Both the position numbers and the translations under genes were made by a program. The notes beneath the pieces were generated by a model. That model ran no database searches and was not told the origin of the DNA. It worked only from the letters and a program-made list of their open reading frames with translations. Below, piece by piece: positions 1 to 12,587 of a DNA stretch of 64,000 nt. How positions within the stretch are numbered: the stretch's first letter is position 1; every line of letters begins with the position of its first letter. Origin of the DNA: Myxococcota bacterium (GTDB lineage: Bacteria; Myxococcota_A; Polyangia; Polyangiales; Houyiibacteriaceae); the NCBI GenBank assembly GCA_039028875.1, contig JBCCHE010000022.1, forward strand, positions 5,971 to 69,970, read 5' to 3'.

Positions 1-1
1 C

Positions 2-3000
2 GATGCCTACCAGAACGCGCTCACAGTGGACCCGGCGTTCTTCGAGGCACTCGATTCCCTCGAGCTGATCCACCGCGAGGAGGGTCAGTGGGAAGAGGCC
101 ATCGGCGTGATGGAGCAGCGCGCTCAGGCGCTGGTCGAGCCCAAGGACAAGGTCCGGCAGCTCTTGGCCGTCACCGAGCTTTGGGAATCTGAGGTCGGGC
201 ACAAGGACGGTGCCGCCGGTGCGTTTAGCCGCATCCTCGATGTCGACCCGATGCACGAGTACGCGTTTTCAGAGCTTCTGACCCTGCACAAGGAAGCAGA
301 GCGCTGGGACGAGTTGATCGACCTCTACGTCACCCGGATCGAGGCGACCGAAGAGCGAGACGAGCGAATCGAGCTTTTGCGTGCAGCCGCAAGGGTTTAT
401 GAGGAGAAACTCGAGGATGGCGAGCAGGCGTATCACACGCTCTACATCGCCTGGTCCGAGGACTACGCGAAGCGGGACACCATCCTGGACCTCGAGCGCG
501 TGACCGCGTCGGCGGACAAGTGGAACGAGCTTCTGAGCTCCGCCAACCAGACCCTGCAAGAGGTCGACGACCCGCAAACTCAGATCGCCATCTGTCTTTG
601 CTGCGCCAAGTGGTACGGGCAGGATCTCGGGCATCCCGAGTACGCGATTCCGTACTACGAGCAGATTCGAGCGCTCGACCCGAGCAACGCAAAGGCCTGG
701 TGGCAGCTCGGTGACCTCTACGAGACCACACACCAGTGGGACAACCTCGCTCAGGTGTTGGCCAAGTTGGTGGAGCTCACCAACGACGACGAGGTCAAAG
801 CGAACACCTATGTGCGCATGGGCGACCTCGCTGAGGACCGCTTCGCCATGCGGCAAGAGGCGGAGGACTACTACCGGCGCGCCCTGCAACTCAAGGACAA
901 GCATGTCGGTGCTCTCGAAGCGCTGGAGCGGATCTACCGGGAGGATGGTCGCTCGCACAAACTGCTCAACATCCTCGAACGCAAGGCGGAGGCAGTCGAA
1001 GACGTCGAAAGTGTGGTCTCGGCACTGCTTCAGGTCGCCGAGGCGTACGAGGAGCGTTTCGACGACAAGAACGCTGCCGTCGAGAACTTCGAGAAGGCCT
1101 CCGAGTTGGCTCCTTCCGATCTGACTGCCCTTCGTGGACTCGAGCGGCTCTACCAGCAGGCAGAGCGCTACCAGGACCTCGTCGGCATTCTAGAGCGTCA
1201 GTACGAAGTGGTCGCGACCGAACGCGAGCGGATCGACATTCTGATGCGCCTTGCGGCGATGTGGGACGAAGAGTTCCGCAAGCCGGAGAACGCAGTCGAG
1301 CGGTTGGAGCAGGTGCTCGACATCGACCCGCTTCACGACAACGCGCTTTGTAAGCTCGAGGAGTTGTACCGCCTCACCCAGCGCTGGGATGACTTGGTCC
1401 GAACCTACGACCGGCACGCCAGCGCGACCGCCGACCACGAAGAGCGGGTGCGCATCTTCCGTGAGCTTGGGCAGGTCTACTCGGTCCACAAGGACGACGT
1501 CGAACAGGCCATCGACAGCTACCTGAATGCGCTCAACCTCAACGAACAAGATATCTTGAGCTTGCAGTCGCTCACGAAGCTCTACGAACGAAAGGGCGAT
1601 CACTCAGCGGCCCTCGACATGATGGGGCAACTTGCCGGCGTGGTGGACGACCTCGACGAGCAGGTGTCTCTCAAGCACCGCATGGGGCGCATCCTCGACC
1701 AAGAGCTTGGCGACCGAGTCTCGGCGCTAGAGCACTTCCAAACCGCGATCGACCTCGACCCTGGGCATCTCCCATCGCTCGAGGCGATGCGTCACATTCA
1801 CGTCGACTCAGGCGACTGGGTGGCGGCCGCCAGGATGCTCAGCCTCGAAGTCGCTCAGACTGAAAACGAGCGCGTGAAGGCCGCTCGGCTGGTCGAACTC
1901 GGCCGGATCCGCGCCGAGCGCCTCGACGATGAGCCGGGTGCGGTCGAAGCCTTCGAAGCGGCACACGCCTGCGATCCCGACAACGAAGACGCTCTTCTTC
2001 CACTTGTCGACGCCTACGTCGCGAACGATCGACACGAAGATGCTTTCCCGCTCCTCGAGGTGCTCGTGCAGCGCTCCGACAAGCGCGACCCGGACGAGCA
2101 ACACCGTTTGGCATCGCTTCTGGGAGAGACAGCCACGAAGCTCGGGCGTGCAGACGATGCGGTTGCCGCGTACGAGCGGGCCTTCGCGATCGAGAACGAC
2201 GACCCGACCACCATCAAGGGGTTGGCAGGGAGCTACTTCCGAGCGGCGCGTTGGGAAGATGCGTTCAAGTATCATCAGGTGTTGCTGGTTCAGCACCGTG
2301 ACGCGCTCGGACGAGACGAGATCACCGAGATCTTCTACCGGCTCGGCGTCGTGAAGCGAGAGCAGGGCGAGGACAAGAAGGCTCGCAACATGTTCGACAA
2401 GGCGCTCGAGGAGGACACGCATTACGTGCCGGCCCTCGAAGCCATGGTGGCGCTCCAAACCCGCGAAAGCGATTGGGAATCGGTCGTTCAATACAAGAAG
2501 CGCATCTTGGACGTCACAGACGAGCCAGCCGAGCGCACGAAGCTGCTCGAGGAGTTGGGCGACCTCTGGCAAGACAAGCTCGATTCACCCGATTCCGCAG
2601 CAGAGGCCTTCACCGAGGCGCTTGACCTCGATCCCGACAACCACGTGGTGCTTCACAAGTTGCTTGGCACACACCAGTCGGCGGAGCGCTGGTCGGAGGC
2701 GATCGACGTGATCGAGAGGATCAGTGAGCTAGAGTCGCGAGACGAAGCCAAAGCGAAATACGCGTACACCGTGGGTGTCATCCTCCGAGACAAGCTTGAG
2801 GACGAAGACGCCGCGCTCGACCGCTTCGGCGCCGCGCTCGACCTCGACGCAACGCAGCTCAAGCCCTTCGAGGCCGTCAACAAGCTTCTCAACAGCCGCA
2901 AGGACTGGAAGGCGCTCGAACGGGCGTACCGCAAGATGCTCCATCGCATCATCAACCAGGGTAACACCGACCTTGAGCACAACCTGTGGCACACGCTCGG

Positions 3001-4153
3001 GATCATCTACAGGGATCGCCAGAAGAACTTCGATGCGGCGGCCGAGTCTTTCCGCATGGCGGCAGGCCTGAAGCCGGACGATCCAACCGAGCACCAGATC
3101 CTCGCTGAGCTCTACGCGGCGATGCCAGACAAGACCGAAGAGGCGATCGCCGAGCATCAATGGCTGCTGGCCAGCGATCCGAACCGACTCGACTCGTACC
3201 GAGCGCTGTACAAGCTCTACTTCGATGCGCGCGCCTACGACAAAGCGTGGTGCGTTGCGCGGACGCTGACCTACTTCGGCAAGGCCGACGAGGAGCAACA
3301 GAAGTTCTACCAGCAGTACAACCAGGAACGGGAGATCCAGCCCCGCGCCCGCGTGAGCAACGAACAGTGGGTCAAAGAGCTCATGCACAGCGATCAGGAC
3401 ATCTACATCTCGAAGATCTTCGAGGTGATTGCGCCGGCGGTCCGCGCGTCGATGGCTTGGTCCGACAAGAAGCTCAACTTGCACAAACGTAAGCCCGAGG
3501 ATCTGGCCAACCCGAGCCTCGCGCTTTCGCGGCAGTTCAAGTTGGCGCAGGACGTGCTCAATATCTCGATCCCGGTCCGCCTATTCGTGCAGAAGGAGCT
3601 CTCGGGCGCGCTTCGCGACGAAGCCCGGAGCAACCCGCCTGCGATCATCACGGGGTACACGCTGCTGTCGGGCTACCGCCCTGTCGATCTGGCGTTTGTC
3701 TGCGGCCGGCATCTGACCCACTACCGTGGGGAACACTTCATCCGAACGATGTACCACTCCCATACCGAGCTTCGCACACTGCTTCTGGCGGCAATGCGTG
3801 TGGTCGGCATGGGGGAGGGCGACGCGAGCGTTGACGCGACGGCCAAGCAGCTCGCCCGTCACATGGACCAAGCGCACCTCGACGTTCTCAAGAAGATCGT
3901 CCGCAAGTTCCTCGACGCTGGCGGCAAGGCCGACATCAAACGATGGATGCAGGCGACCGAGATCACCGCGTTGCGCGCTGGGCTTCTACTTTGCGACGAC
4001 GTTGAGACGGCGGTCCGGATGACCCAGCAGATCGCATCAGAATCGACGGCGGACCTCCCGCCGCGGGACAAGGTCAAAGAGATCGTCCTCTACAGCGTCT
4101 CGGAGAGCTATTTCAATCTTCGAGAAGCCTTGGCAATCCAGATCAAGGTCTGA
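2..4153 (+). CDS. Large tetratricopeptide-repeat (TPR) protein, 5' end outside the window
   Basis: The frame is open from the first bases (..DAYQNALTVDPAFFEAL precedes the track's Met at 26), so the window truncates the gene. About 1000 aa are consecutive 34-aa TPR-like units with recurrent A..(Y/F)..AL..DP..(H/N). About 330 aa of non-repeat sequence follow. Stop at 4151-4153. Confidence 0.8.
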   Translation, partial: DAYQNALTVDPAFFEALDSLELIHREEGQWEEAIGVMEQRAQALVEPKDKVRQLLAVTELWESEVGHKDGAAGAFSRILDVDPMHEYAFSELLTLHKEAERWDELIDLYVTRIEATEERDERIELLRAAARVYEEKLEDGEQAYHTLYIAWSEDYAKRDTILDLERVTASADKWNELLSSANQTLQEVDDPQTQIAICLCCAKWYGQDLGHPEYAIPYYEQIRALDPSNAKAWWQLGDLYETTHQWDNLAQVLAKLVELTNDDEVKANTYVRMGDLAEDRFAMRQEAEDYYRRALQLKDKHVGALEALERIYREDGRSHKLLNILERKAEAVEDVESVVSALLQVAEAYEERFDDKNAAVENFEKASELAPSDLTALRGLERLYQQAERYQDLVGILERQYEVVATERERIDILMRLAAMWDEEFRKPENAVERLEQVLDIDPLHDNALCKLEELYRLTQRWDDLVRTYDRHASATADHEERVRIFRELGQVYSVHKDDVEQAIDSYLNALNLNEQDILSLQSLTKLYERKGDHSAALDMMGQLAGVVDDLDEQVSLKHRMGRILDQELGDRVSALEHFQTAIDLDPGHLPSLEAMRHIHVDSGDWVAAARMLSLEVAQTENERVKAARLVELGRIRAERLDDEPGAVEAFEAAHACDPDNEDALLPLVDAYVANDRHEDAFPLLEVLVQRSDKRDPDEQHRLASLLGETATKLGRADDAVAAYERAFAIENDDPTTIKGLAGSYFRAARWEDAFKYHQVLLVQHRDALGRDEITEIFYRLGVVKREQGEDKKARNMFDKALEEDTHYVPALEAMVALQTRESDWESVVQYKKRILDVTDEPAERTKLLEELGDLWQDKLDSPDSAAEAFTEALDLDPDNHVVLHKLLGTHQSAERWSEAIDVIERISELESRDEAKAKYAYTVGVILRDKLEDEDAALDRFGAALDLDATQLKPFEAVNKLLNSRKDWKALERAYRKMLHRIINQGNTDLEHNLWHTLGIIYRDRQKNFDAAAESFRMAAGLKPDDPTEHQILAELYAAMPDKTEEAIAEHQWLLASDPNRLDSYRALYKLYFDARAYDKAWCVARTLTYFGKADEEQQKFYQQYNQEREIQPRARVSNEQWVKELMHSDQDIYISKIFEVIAPAVRASMAWSDKKLNLHKRKPEDLANPSLALSRQFKLAQDVLNISIPVRLFVQKELSGALRDEARSNPPAIITGYTLLSGYRPVDLAFVCGRHLTHYRGEHFIRTMYHSHTELRTLLLAAMRVVGMGEGDASVDATAKQLARHMDQAHLDVLKKIVRKFLDAGGKADIKRWMQATEITALRAGLLLCDDVETAVRMTQQIASESTADLPPRDKVKEIVLYSVSESYFNLREALAIQIKV

Positions 4154-4214
4154 CGACTCGGTTCGGTCCGAGCTGGCGCTGGCGTGCCTTGGCGCCTCGT
4201 GGCAGGGATGCCCC

Positions 4215-4688
4215 GTGCTCGAACGCGTGCTCCACAACGAGGCGGAGACCCTGGCGTTGGCGGAGGGCCTCGCACAAGTGGCCCAACCCGGGGACCTATT
4301 CGGGCTTGAAGGCGAACTTGGCGCGGGCAAGACGACCTTCGTCCGGGGCGCGATTCATGGGCTCGGGGTTTCCGAAGACATGCCGGTCACGAGTCCGACC
4401 TTCGCCCTGCTTCAAGAGTACCCAGGCAGGCTCCCGATTGCCCACGCGGACTTCTATCGCTTGATGGGCGAGTCGGAGCTCGAGGAACTCGGCTTCGAGG
4501 AATGGCTCGATTCCAACGGCGTGGTCTTCGTCGAGTGGGGTCGCAAGTTTCCGTCGATTTCGGAGCGAGTGACGCTTTGGGTCGAGCTCGCGTTCGTGTC
4601 GGACCACGCTCGACATGTGAGACTCCTGGCGCAGAGCCCGCGAGGTATCGCGCGGCTCGAATCGCTGCGGCACCATTTCGCGCCATGA
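4215..4688 (+). CDS. tsaE: tRNA threonylcarbamoyladenosine biosynthesis ATPase TsaE (YjeE family)
   Basis: 157 aa. P-loop [13 protein letters not shown] sits ~35 aa from the N-terminus, followed by SPTFAL and the H.D.YR motif, typical of TsaE. Confidence 0.8.
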   Translation: MLERVLHNEAETLALAEGLAQVAQPGDLFGLEGELGAGKTTFVRGAIHGLGVSEDMPVTSPTFALLQEYPGRLPIAHADFYRLMGESELEELGFEEWLDSNGVVFVEWGRKFPSISERVTLWVELAFVSDHARHVRLLAQSPRGIARLESLRHHFAP

Positions 4689-4782
4689 AGGCGGCCATTC
4701 CGATGAGGCCGGAGTCACCGGTTGCGGGTCGCAAGACCCTCTGGTAAGCCCGCGCGAACGTTCTCGCCGATCAACGACTTCC

Positions 4783-8151
<3,369 letters not shown>

Positions 8152-8217
8152 CCCTTCTGTTCGAGACGGACTTGGTTCGGCTTGCCTCGTTTCGAGGTGC
8201 GGTTTACGAGGTTCGAG

Positions 8218-8688
8218 ATGGACAGAGTCCCGATGACGCCCGCGGGCCATGCGGCCCTGACCGCCGAGCTCAACGCACTCAAGGCGGAGCGGCCAAAGAT
8301 CTCCCAGGAGATCGGCGTCGCCCGCGAGCACGGCGACCTGAAGGAGAACGCCGAGTACCACGCCGCCAAGGAGAAGCAGGGGATGTGTGAGGCGCGGATC
8401 GCCGAGATCGAAGACAAGCTCTCTCGTGCAGAGGTGATCGACCCTTCGACGCTCAGCGGCGACAAGGTGAAGTTCGGAGCCATCGTCGAGCTCGAGGACG
8501 TCGACAATGGCAAGCTCGTGACCTACCGACTCGTTGGCCCCGACGAGTCAGATCTGAACGAAGGTAAGATTTCGATCACGTCGCCCGTGGCAAGGGCGCT
8601 CGTCGGTCGCGAGGTGGGTGACGAGGTCAAAGTCGTCACGCCCGGGGGCGTTCGGAACTACGAAGTCGCGGACGTGCGCTGGGGCTGA
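8218..8688 (+). CDS. greA: Transcription elongation factor GreA
   Basis: MDRVPMTPAGHAALTAEL..L......EI..AREHGDLKENAEYHAAKE, then C-terminal ISITSPVARALVGREVGDEV. The ATG at 8218 was chosen over the track start at 8182 to give the usual ~157 aa. Confidence 0.9.
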   Translation: MDRVPMTPAGHAALTAELNALKAERPKISQEIGVAREHGDLKENAEYHAAKEKQGMCEARIAEIEDKLSRAEVIDPSTLSGDKVKFGAIVELEDVDNGKLVTYRLVGPDESDLNEGKISITSPVARALVGREVGDEVKVVTPGGVRNYEVADVRWG

Positions 8689-8714
8689 GTTCGCCGACGA
8701 TCCAGAGCTACGAC

Positions 8715-10814
8715 GTGTCCTCGCTCCTTGACCACGACGTCGAAACGCTTCCTGGCATCGGGCCGCGAAGCGCGGCGATCTTGAAGAGCCGTGGCCACGA
8801 AAGTGTGGGCGATCTGCTCTGGCTCCTTCCGAAGCGTTACCTCGACCAGCGTCACCCGACACCGATTCACGAGCTTGAAGCCGGTGAATACGTCGTCGTC
8901 GAGGGGCGCGTGAGGAGCGCCCGGCGGTTCCCGCGGGGACGCCATATGGGTTTCGAGGTCCGCATCGAATCCGAGTTGCCGGTCGACTCCCAGGAGGGCT
9001 ACCAGGAGGGCTACCAGGAACTCAAGCTCGTCTGGTTTCGGGCGGTTCCCGGTCTTACGCGACGCTTCGAGGTCGGCGCGACCGTCCGCGTCGCGGGCCA
9101 GGTGAACGACTATCGTGGCGTGGCAACCATCGCCCACCCCGAGACGCTCGCCGCGGAGTCCGAGGGGGAGATCGAGCCCCGCTATCCCGACATCCCAGGC
9201 CTCAAGCGGAAGAGCCTTCGAAAGGCGGTCCGGGCCGCGGTGGATCGGGCAGCGCACCAGGTTCCTGATCTTATCCCGGAGGCCCAGCGCGTGTCTCGCG
9301 GCCTCGGCCGTGTCGGCCAAGCGCTTCGATCGATTCACGTCCCCACAGACGAGACCGTCGATGCAGGTCCCGGCGCGGCGCACCCCGCCCAGCAGCGGCT
9401 AGCGCTCGAGGAGTTGGTGCTTTGGGAGCTTGCACTCCGGATGCGCCGGGCGAAGGAACCAGCCGGCGCCGCTCGCGCGTTCGAGGCCGATCCGCATGTC
9501 TCCATCGCACGCAACGCATTCGCGTTCGATCTCACCGCCGCCCAGCTCGCTGCTGTCGATGCGCTTGGCCGATCACTCAACAGCGAGGATCCGATGCGCT
9601 GCCTTCTGCAAGGTGACGTGGGTTGCGGAAAGACGGCCGTGGCGTTAGTCGCGTGTGCGCAAGTCGTCGCAGGGGGTGCGCAGGCGGCCTTCCTTGCTCC
9701 GACGGAGCTCCTGGCGGAGCAGCACGCCATGAGCCTCCGGCCGGTCGCCGAGCGCCTCGGGATTCGACTGGGCGTTTTCACCGGCACGCTGTCGAAGCAC
9801 GAGCGGAGGTCGATGCTTGACCGCATGTCGACCGGGGCGGTCGACCTCATCGTCGGAACGCATGCACTTCTCAGTGGGGATATCCGTTTCTCGAGCCTTG
9901 GCTTGCTGGTGGTCGACGAGCAACATCGGTTTGGCGTTGCCCAGCGGCTCGTCCTCGGGGTCCGCGATGCGCGGCATCAACCGCACCTGCTCGTGATGAC
10001 GGCGACCCCGATTCCGCGGAGCCTTGCGTTGGTTCTGTACTCGGGGCTCGACCTCGTCGTAATCGACGCGAAGCCTCCGGGGCGTCTGCCGCCCAAGACC
10101 GTTCGGGTAACACGTCGCGATCGGGCGAAGGTGTACCGGCAGATCGAACGCGCGCTCGAAGCCGGCGGCCGAGTCTTCATCGTCTGTCCCGCGATTTCGG
10201 AGTCTGACGGGATTGTGGGTGTCGACGCGGTGGCGGCCGAGATGGGCTCACGGTTTGGGGAGGATGTCGTTGGGACGATCCATGGTCGGCTGGGAGGCGA
10301 CGAAAGGCGAACCACCATGCGTGCGTTCGCCGATGGCGACATCAAGGTGCTGGTTGGGACAACAGTGGTCGAAGTTGGCGTCGACGTTCCAAGTGCGAAT
10401 CTGATCGTGGTTGAACAGGCCGATCGCTTCGGTCTCGCACAGCTGCACCAGCTGCGGGGTCGAGTTGGCCGCGACGGGCAGAGGAGTGCGTGTCTTTTGA
10501 CCCACCCTGTGCCTCTCACCCCGGAGGCGGAGACCCGGCTCCAAGCGCTCTGCGAAACCGACGATGGGTTCAAGCTTGCCGAGGCCGACCTTGCGCTTCG
10601 CGGACCAGGGCACCTGTTCGGATACCGTCAATCGGGCGCGAGCGGGCTTCGTTTCGCCGACCTTGGGGACGTCGCTCTGTTGTCTGCCGCGAGCGAGATC
10701 GCAGGCGAGATCCTCGCCGAGGACCCTTTGCTATCGCGGCCCGAGAACGCACGCGCCGCAGCCGCGGTCGCAAGGTGGGAGCGGTTTGCGGCCGTCCGTG
10801 AGGAGGCCGGCTGA
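8715..10814 (+). CDS. recG: ATP-dependent DNA helicase RecG
   Basis: 699 aa. N-terminal wedge/OB region, then helicase motifs GDVGCGKTAVAL, VVDEQHRFGV, MTATPIPRSL and QLHQLRGRVGR. Confidence 0.93.
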   Translation: MSSLLDHDVETLPGIGPRSAAILKSRGHESVGDLLWLLPKRYLDQRHPTPIHELEAGEYVVVEGRVRSARRFPRGRHMGFEVRIESELPVDSQEGYQEGYQELKLVWFRAVPGLTRRFEVGATVRVAGQVNDYRGVATIAHPETLAAESEGEIEPRYPDIPGLKRKSLRKAVRAAVDRAAHQVPDLIPEAQRVSRGLGRVGQALRSIHVPTDETVDAGPGAAHPAQQRLALEELVLWELALRMRRAKEPAGAARAFEADPHVSIARNAFAFDLTAAQLAAVDALGRSLNSEDPMRCLLQGDVGCGKTAVALVACAQVVAGGAQAAFLAPTELLAEQHAMSLRPVAERLGIRLGVFTGTLSKHERRSMLDRMSTGAVDLIVGTHALLSGDIRFSSLGLLVVDEQHRFGVAQRLVLGVRDARHQPHLLVMTATPIPRSLALVLYSGLDLVVIDAKPPGRLPPKTVRVTRRDRAKVYRQIERALEAGGRVFIVCPAISESDGIVGVDAVAAEMGSRFGEDVVGTIHGRLGGDERRTTMRAFADGDIKVLVGTTVVEVGVDVPSANLIVVEQADRFGLAQLHQLRGRVGRDGQRSACLLTHPVPLTPEAETRLQALCETDDGFKLAEADLALRGPGHLFGYRQSGASGLRFADLGDVALLSAASEIAGEILAEDPLLSRPENARAAAAVARWERFAAVREEAG

Positions 10815-10879
10815 GGGGGCAGAGCGCCCTCATGGCCTGCTTCTTGACGCGATCCGGACACACGGGTACTCCCTGAGGC

Positions 10880-11605
10880 ATGGCCTTGGTTCATCACGCT
10901 CAGCGAGAAGTGACGCTCAAGGTCGTCTACTATGGGGCCGGGCTTGGCGGTAAGACCACCAACCTCGAAGCGCTGCACGATGGCACGCGGCCGGCCTACA
11001 GAGGCAAGTTGGTGTCGGTCAACACCGAGGCCGAGCGCACGCTGTTCCTCGACTTCTTGCCCCTCGAGCTCGGAGTGTTTCGCGGCTACGACTTTCGGCT
11101 TCACCTCGTGTCGGTGCCCGGCCAGATCGCCCAGGACGCGACCCGCCAAACCGTGCTCCGACGGGCCGACGGGGTCGTCCTGGTCATCGACAGCCAAGTC
11201 GCTGCCTCGGAGGGCAACAGCTTCAGCATTCGGAACCTGCACTACAACCTTCGACTGCACGGCGTGGATCCCGACCGGGTTCCGCTCGTGGTCCAGTACA
11301 ACAAGCGCGATCTTCTCGGCGCGATGAACGTGGGGGAGCTCCGCGAAACGCTTGGCGTCCCCGACGGCGTCCCCGAGATAGAAGCCTCCGCGCGCGAAGG
11401 CTGGGGCGTGTTCGAGGCGCTCAAAGAGATCGTCCGGGACTGCATGCATCAGCTCGGTGACCCAGTCCGTTGTCCCGAAGGCTACGTGCCATGTCTCCGC
11501 GAAGAGCCGCGAGACCACTTCTACCCACGAGGACCGGTATCGATGATTCACTCCCTCGTCCCAGACGAAGAGCGTGAGCCAGCGACTCAGGTCCGCGAAG
11601 GCTAG
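10880..11605 (+). CDS. MglA-family Ras-like small GTPase with ~45-aa C-terminal extension
   Basis: KVVYYGAGLGGKTTN (P-loop), ERTLFLDFLPLEL, SVPGQ (Ser/Thr in place of the Ras Asp, as in MglA) and VQYNKRDL (NKxD). Collinear with Myxococcus MglA as I recall it, plus an extra Cys-containing tail. Confidence 0.8.
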   Translation: MALVHHAQREVTLKVVYYGAGLGGKTTNLEALHDGTRPAYRGKLVSVNTEAERTLFLDFLPLELGVFRGYDFRLHLVSVPGQIAQDATRQTVLRRADGVVLVIDSQVAASEGNSFSIRNLHYNLRLHGVDPDRVPLVVQYNKRDLLGAMNVGELRETLGVPDGVPEIEASAREGWGVFEALKEIVRDCMHQLGDPVRCPEGYVPCLREEPRDHFYPRGPVSMIHSLVPDEEREPATQVREG

Positions 11606-12489
11606 TGTCGCAGTCATCCCCGTCCGCGCACTCGGGGCGCCTCAAGTCGGTGGCTCCGACCATCGAGGTACTCCCGGTCCGAACGCCGACCCTTCCTCCG
11701 GCGACCCACACCAACACGTTCTTGGTTGGAACGGGGCGGGCTGTCTTGGTCGAACCGGCAACCCCGTATCCAGACGAGCAAGACGTCATGGTCGGCTGGG
11801 TCGAGGCGTCGCGAGATCGCGGGATCGAGGTGATCGCGATCCTCGCCACGCACCATCACCCTGACCACGTTGGTGGCGCCGTAGTCCTCTGTGAGCGACT
11901 CGGGCTTCCGCTGTGGGGCCACGAGATGACCGCCGAGCGGCTCAGCGGGATCGTGACCCTCGACAGACTGATCGAGGATGGCGAGTGCATCGAACTTCAC
12001 GGGCCGACGCCGACCTCGCTGACCGCCATGCACACACCGGGGCACGCGCCAGGGCACCTCTGCTACACCGACGCGCATAGCGGCATCATGATCGCGGGCG
12101 ACATGGTTGCGTCGGTCGGGACGATCATTGTCGAGCCCTACGACGGTGACATGTCTCTCTACCTCGAGTCCCTGCGAAGGATGGCGGCTGCGGAACCGGC
12201 CGCCTTGCTCCCGGCGCACGGGGACATCATCGAGGACCCGCAAGCGATGCTCGGCTTCTACGTCGCGCACCGGCTCATGCGGGAGGGAAAGGTCGTCGAT
12301 GCGCTGCGAGCGCATGGCGGTCCCGCCAAGCCCCAAGACCTCGTCGCCAAGGCGTATGACGACGCACCACAGGCGGTCTGGCCGTTGGCAGTGCGCTCGA
12401 TCGAAGCACACCTGATCAAGCTCGTTCGGGACGGCGTGGCGAACGTCGACGACGATGGGTGGTCTCCGGTGGACAATCCGACAAGGTGA
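11605..12489 (+). CDS. MBL-fold metallo-hydrolase (glyoxalase II-like) with C-terminal winged-helix-like tail
   Basis: HHHPDHVGG metal motif, later HTPGHAPGH and a downstream H/D ligand. The GTG start shares one base with the stop of the GTPase gene (TAGTG). Confidence 0.8.
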   Translation: MSQSSPSAHSGRLKSVAPTIEVLPVRTPTLPPATHTNTFLVGTGRAVLVEPATPYPDEQDVMVGWVEASRDRGIEVIAILATHHHPDHVGGAVVLCERLGLPLWGHEMTAERLSGIVTLDRLIEDGECIELHGPTPTSLTAMHTPGHAPGHLCYTDAHSGIMIAGDMVASVGTIIVEPYDGDMSLYLESLRRMAAAEPAALLPAHGDIIEDPQAMLGFYVAHRLMREGKVVDALRAHGGPAKPQDLVAKAYDDAPQAVWPLAVRSIEAHLIKLVRDGVANVDDDGWSPVDNPTR

Positions 12490-12514
12490 CCCTCGCATGC
12501 GTGTCGGGCGCAAC

Positions 12515-12587
12515 TTACCTTGCGCCGTCGACCTATCTCGCACCGTCGACCTATCTTGCACCGTCGACCTATCTTGCACCGTCGACC
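12515..12587. repeat. 18-bp tandem repeat, 4 copies (first degenerate), each with a GTCGAC palindromic core
   Basis: Units read ..cttgc(g/a)ccGTCGACctat... GTCGAC occurs at 12527-12532, 12545-12550, 12563-12568 and 12581-12586, exactly 18 bp apart. The repeat lies between convergent genes and overlaps the last codons and stop of the minus-strand gene. Confidence 0.9.

Noticed and set aside
12515-12587. Possibility that the 18-bp repeats are a CRISPR array.
   Set aside because: The units are contiguous with no spacers and are too short. No cas genes occur in the window.
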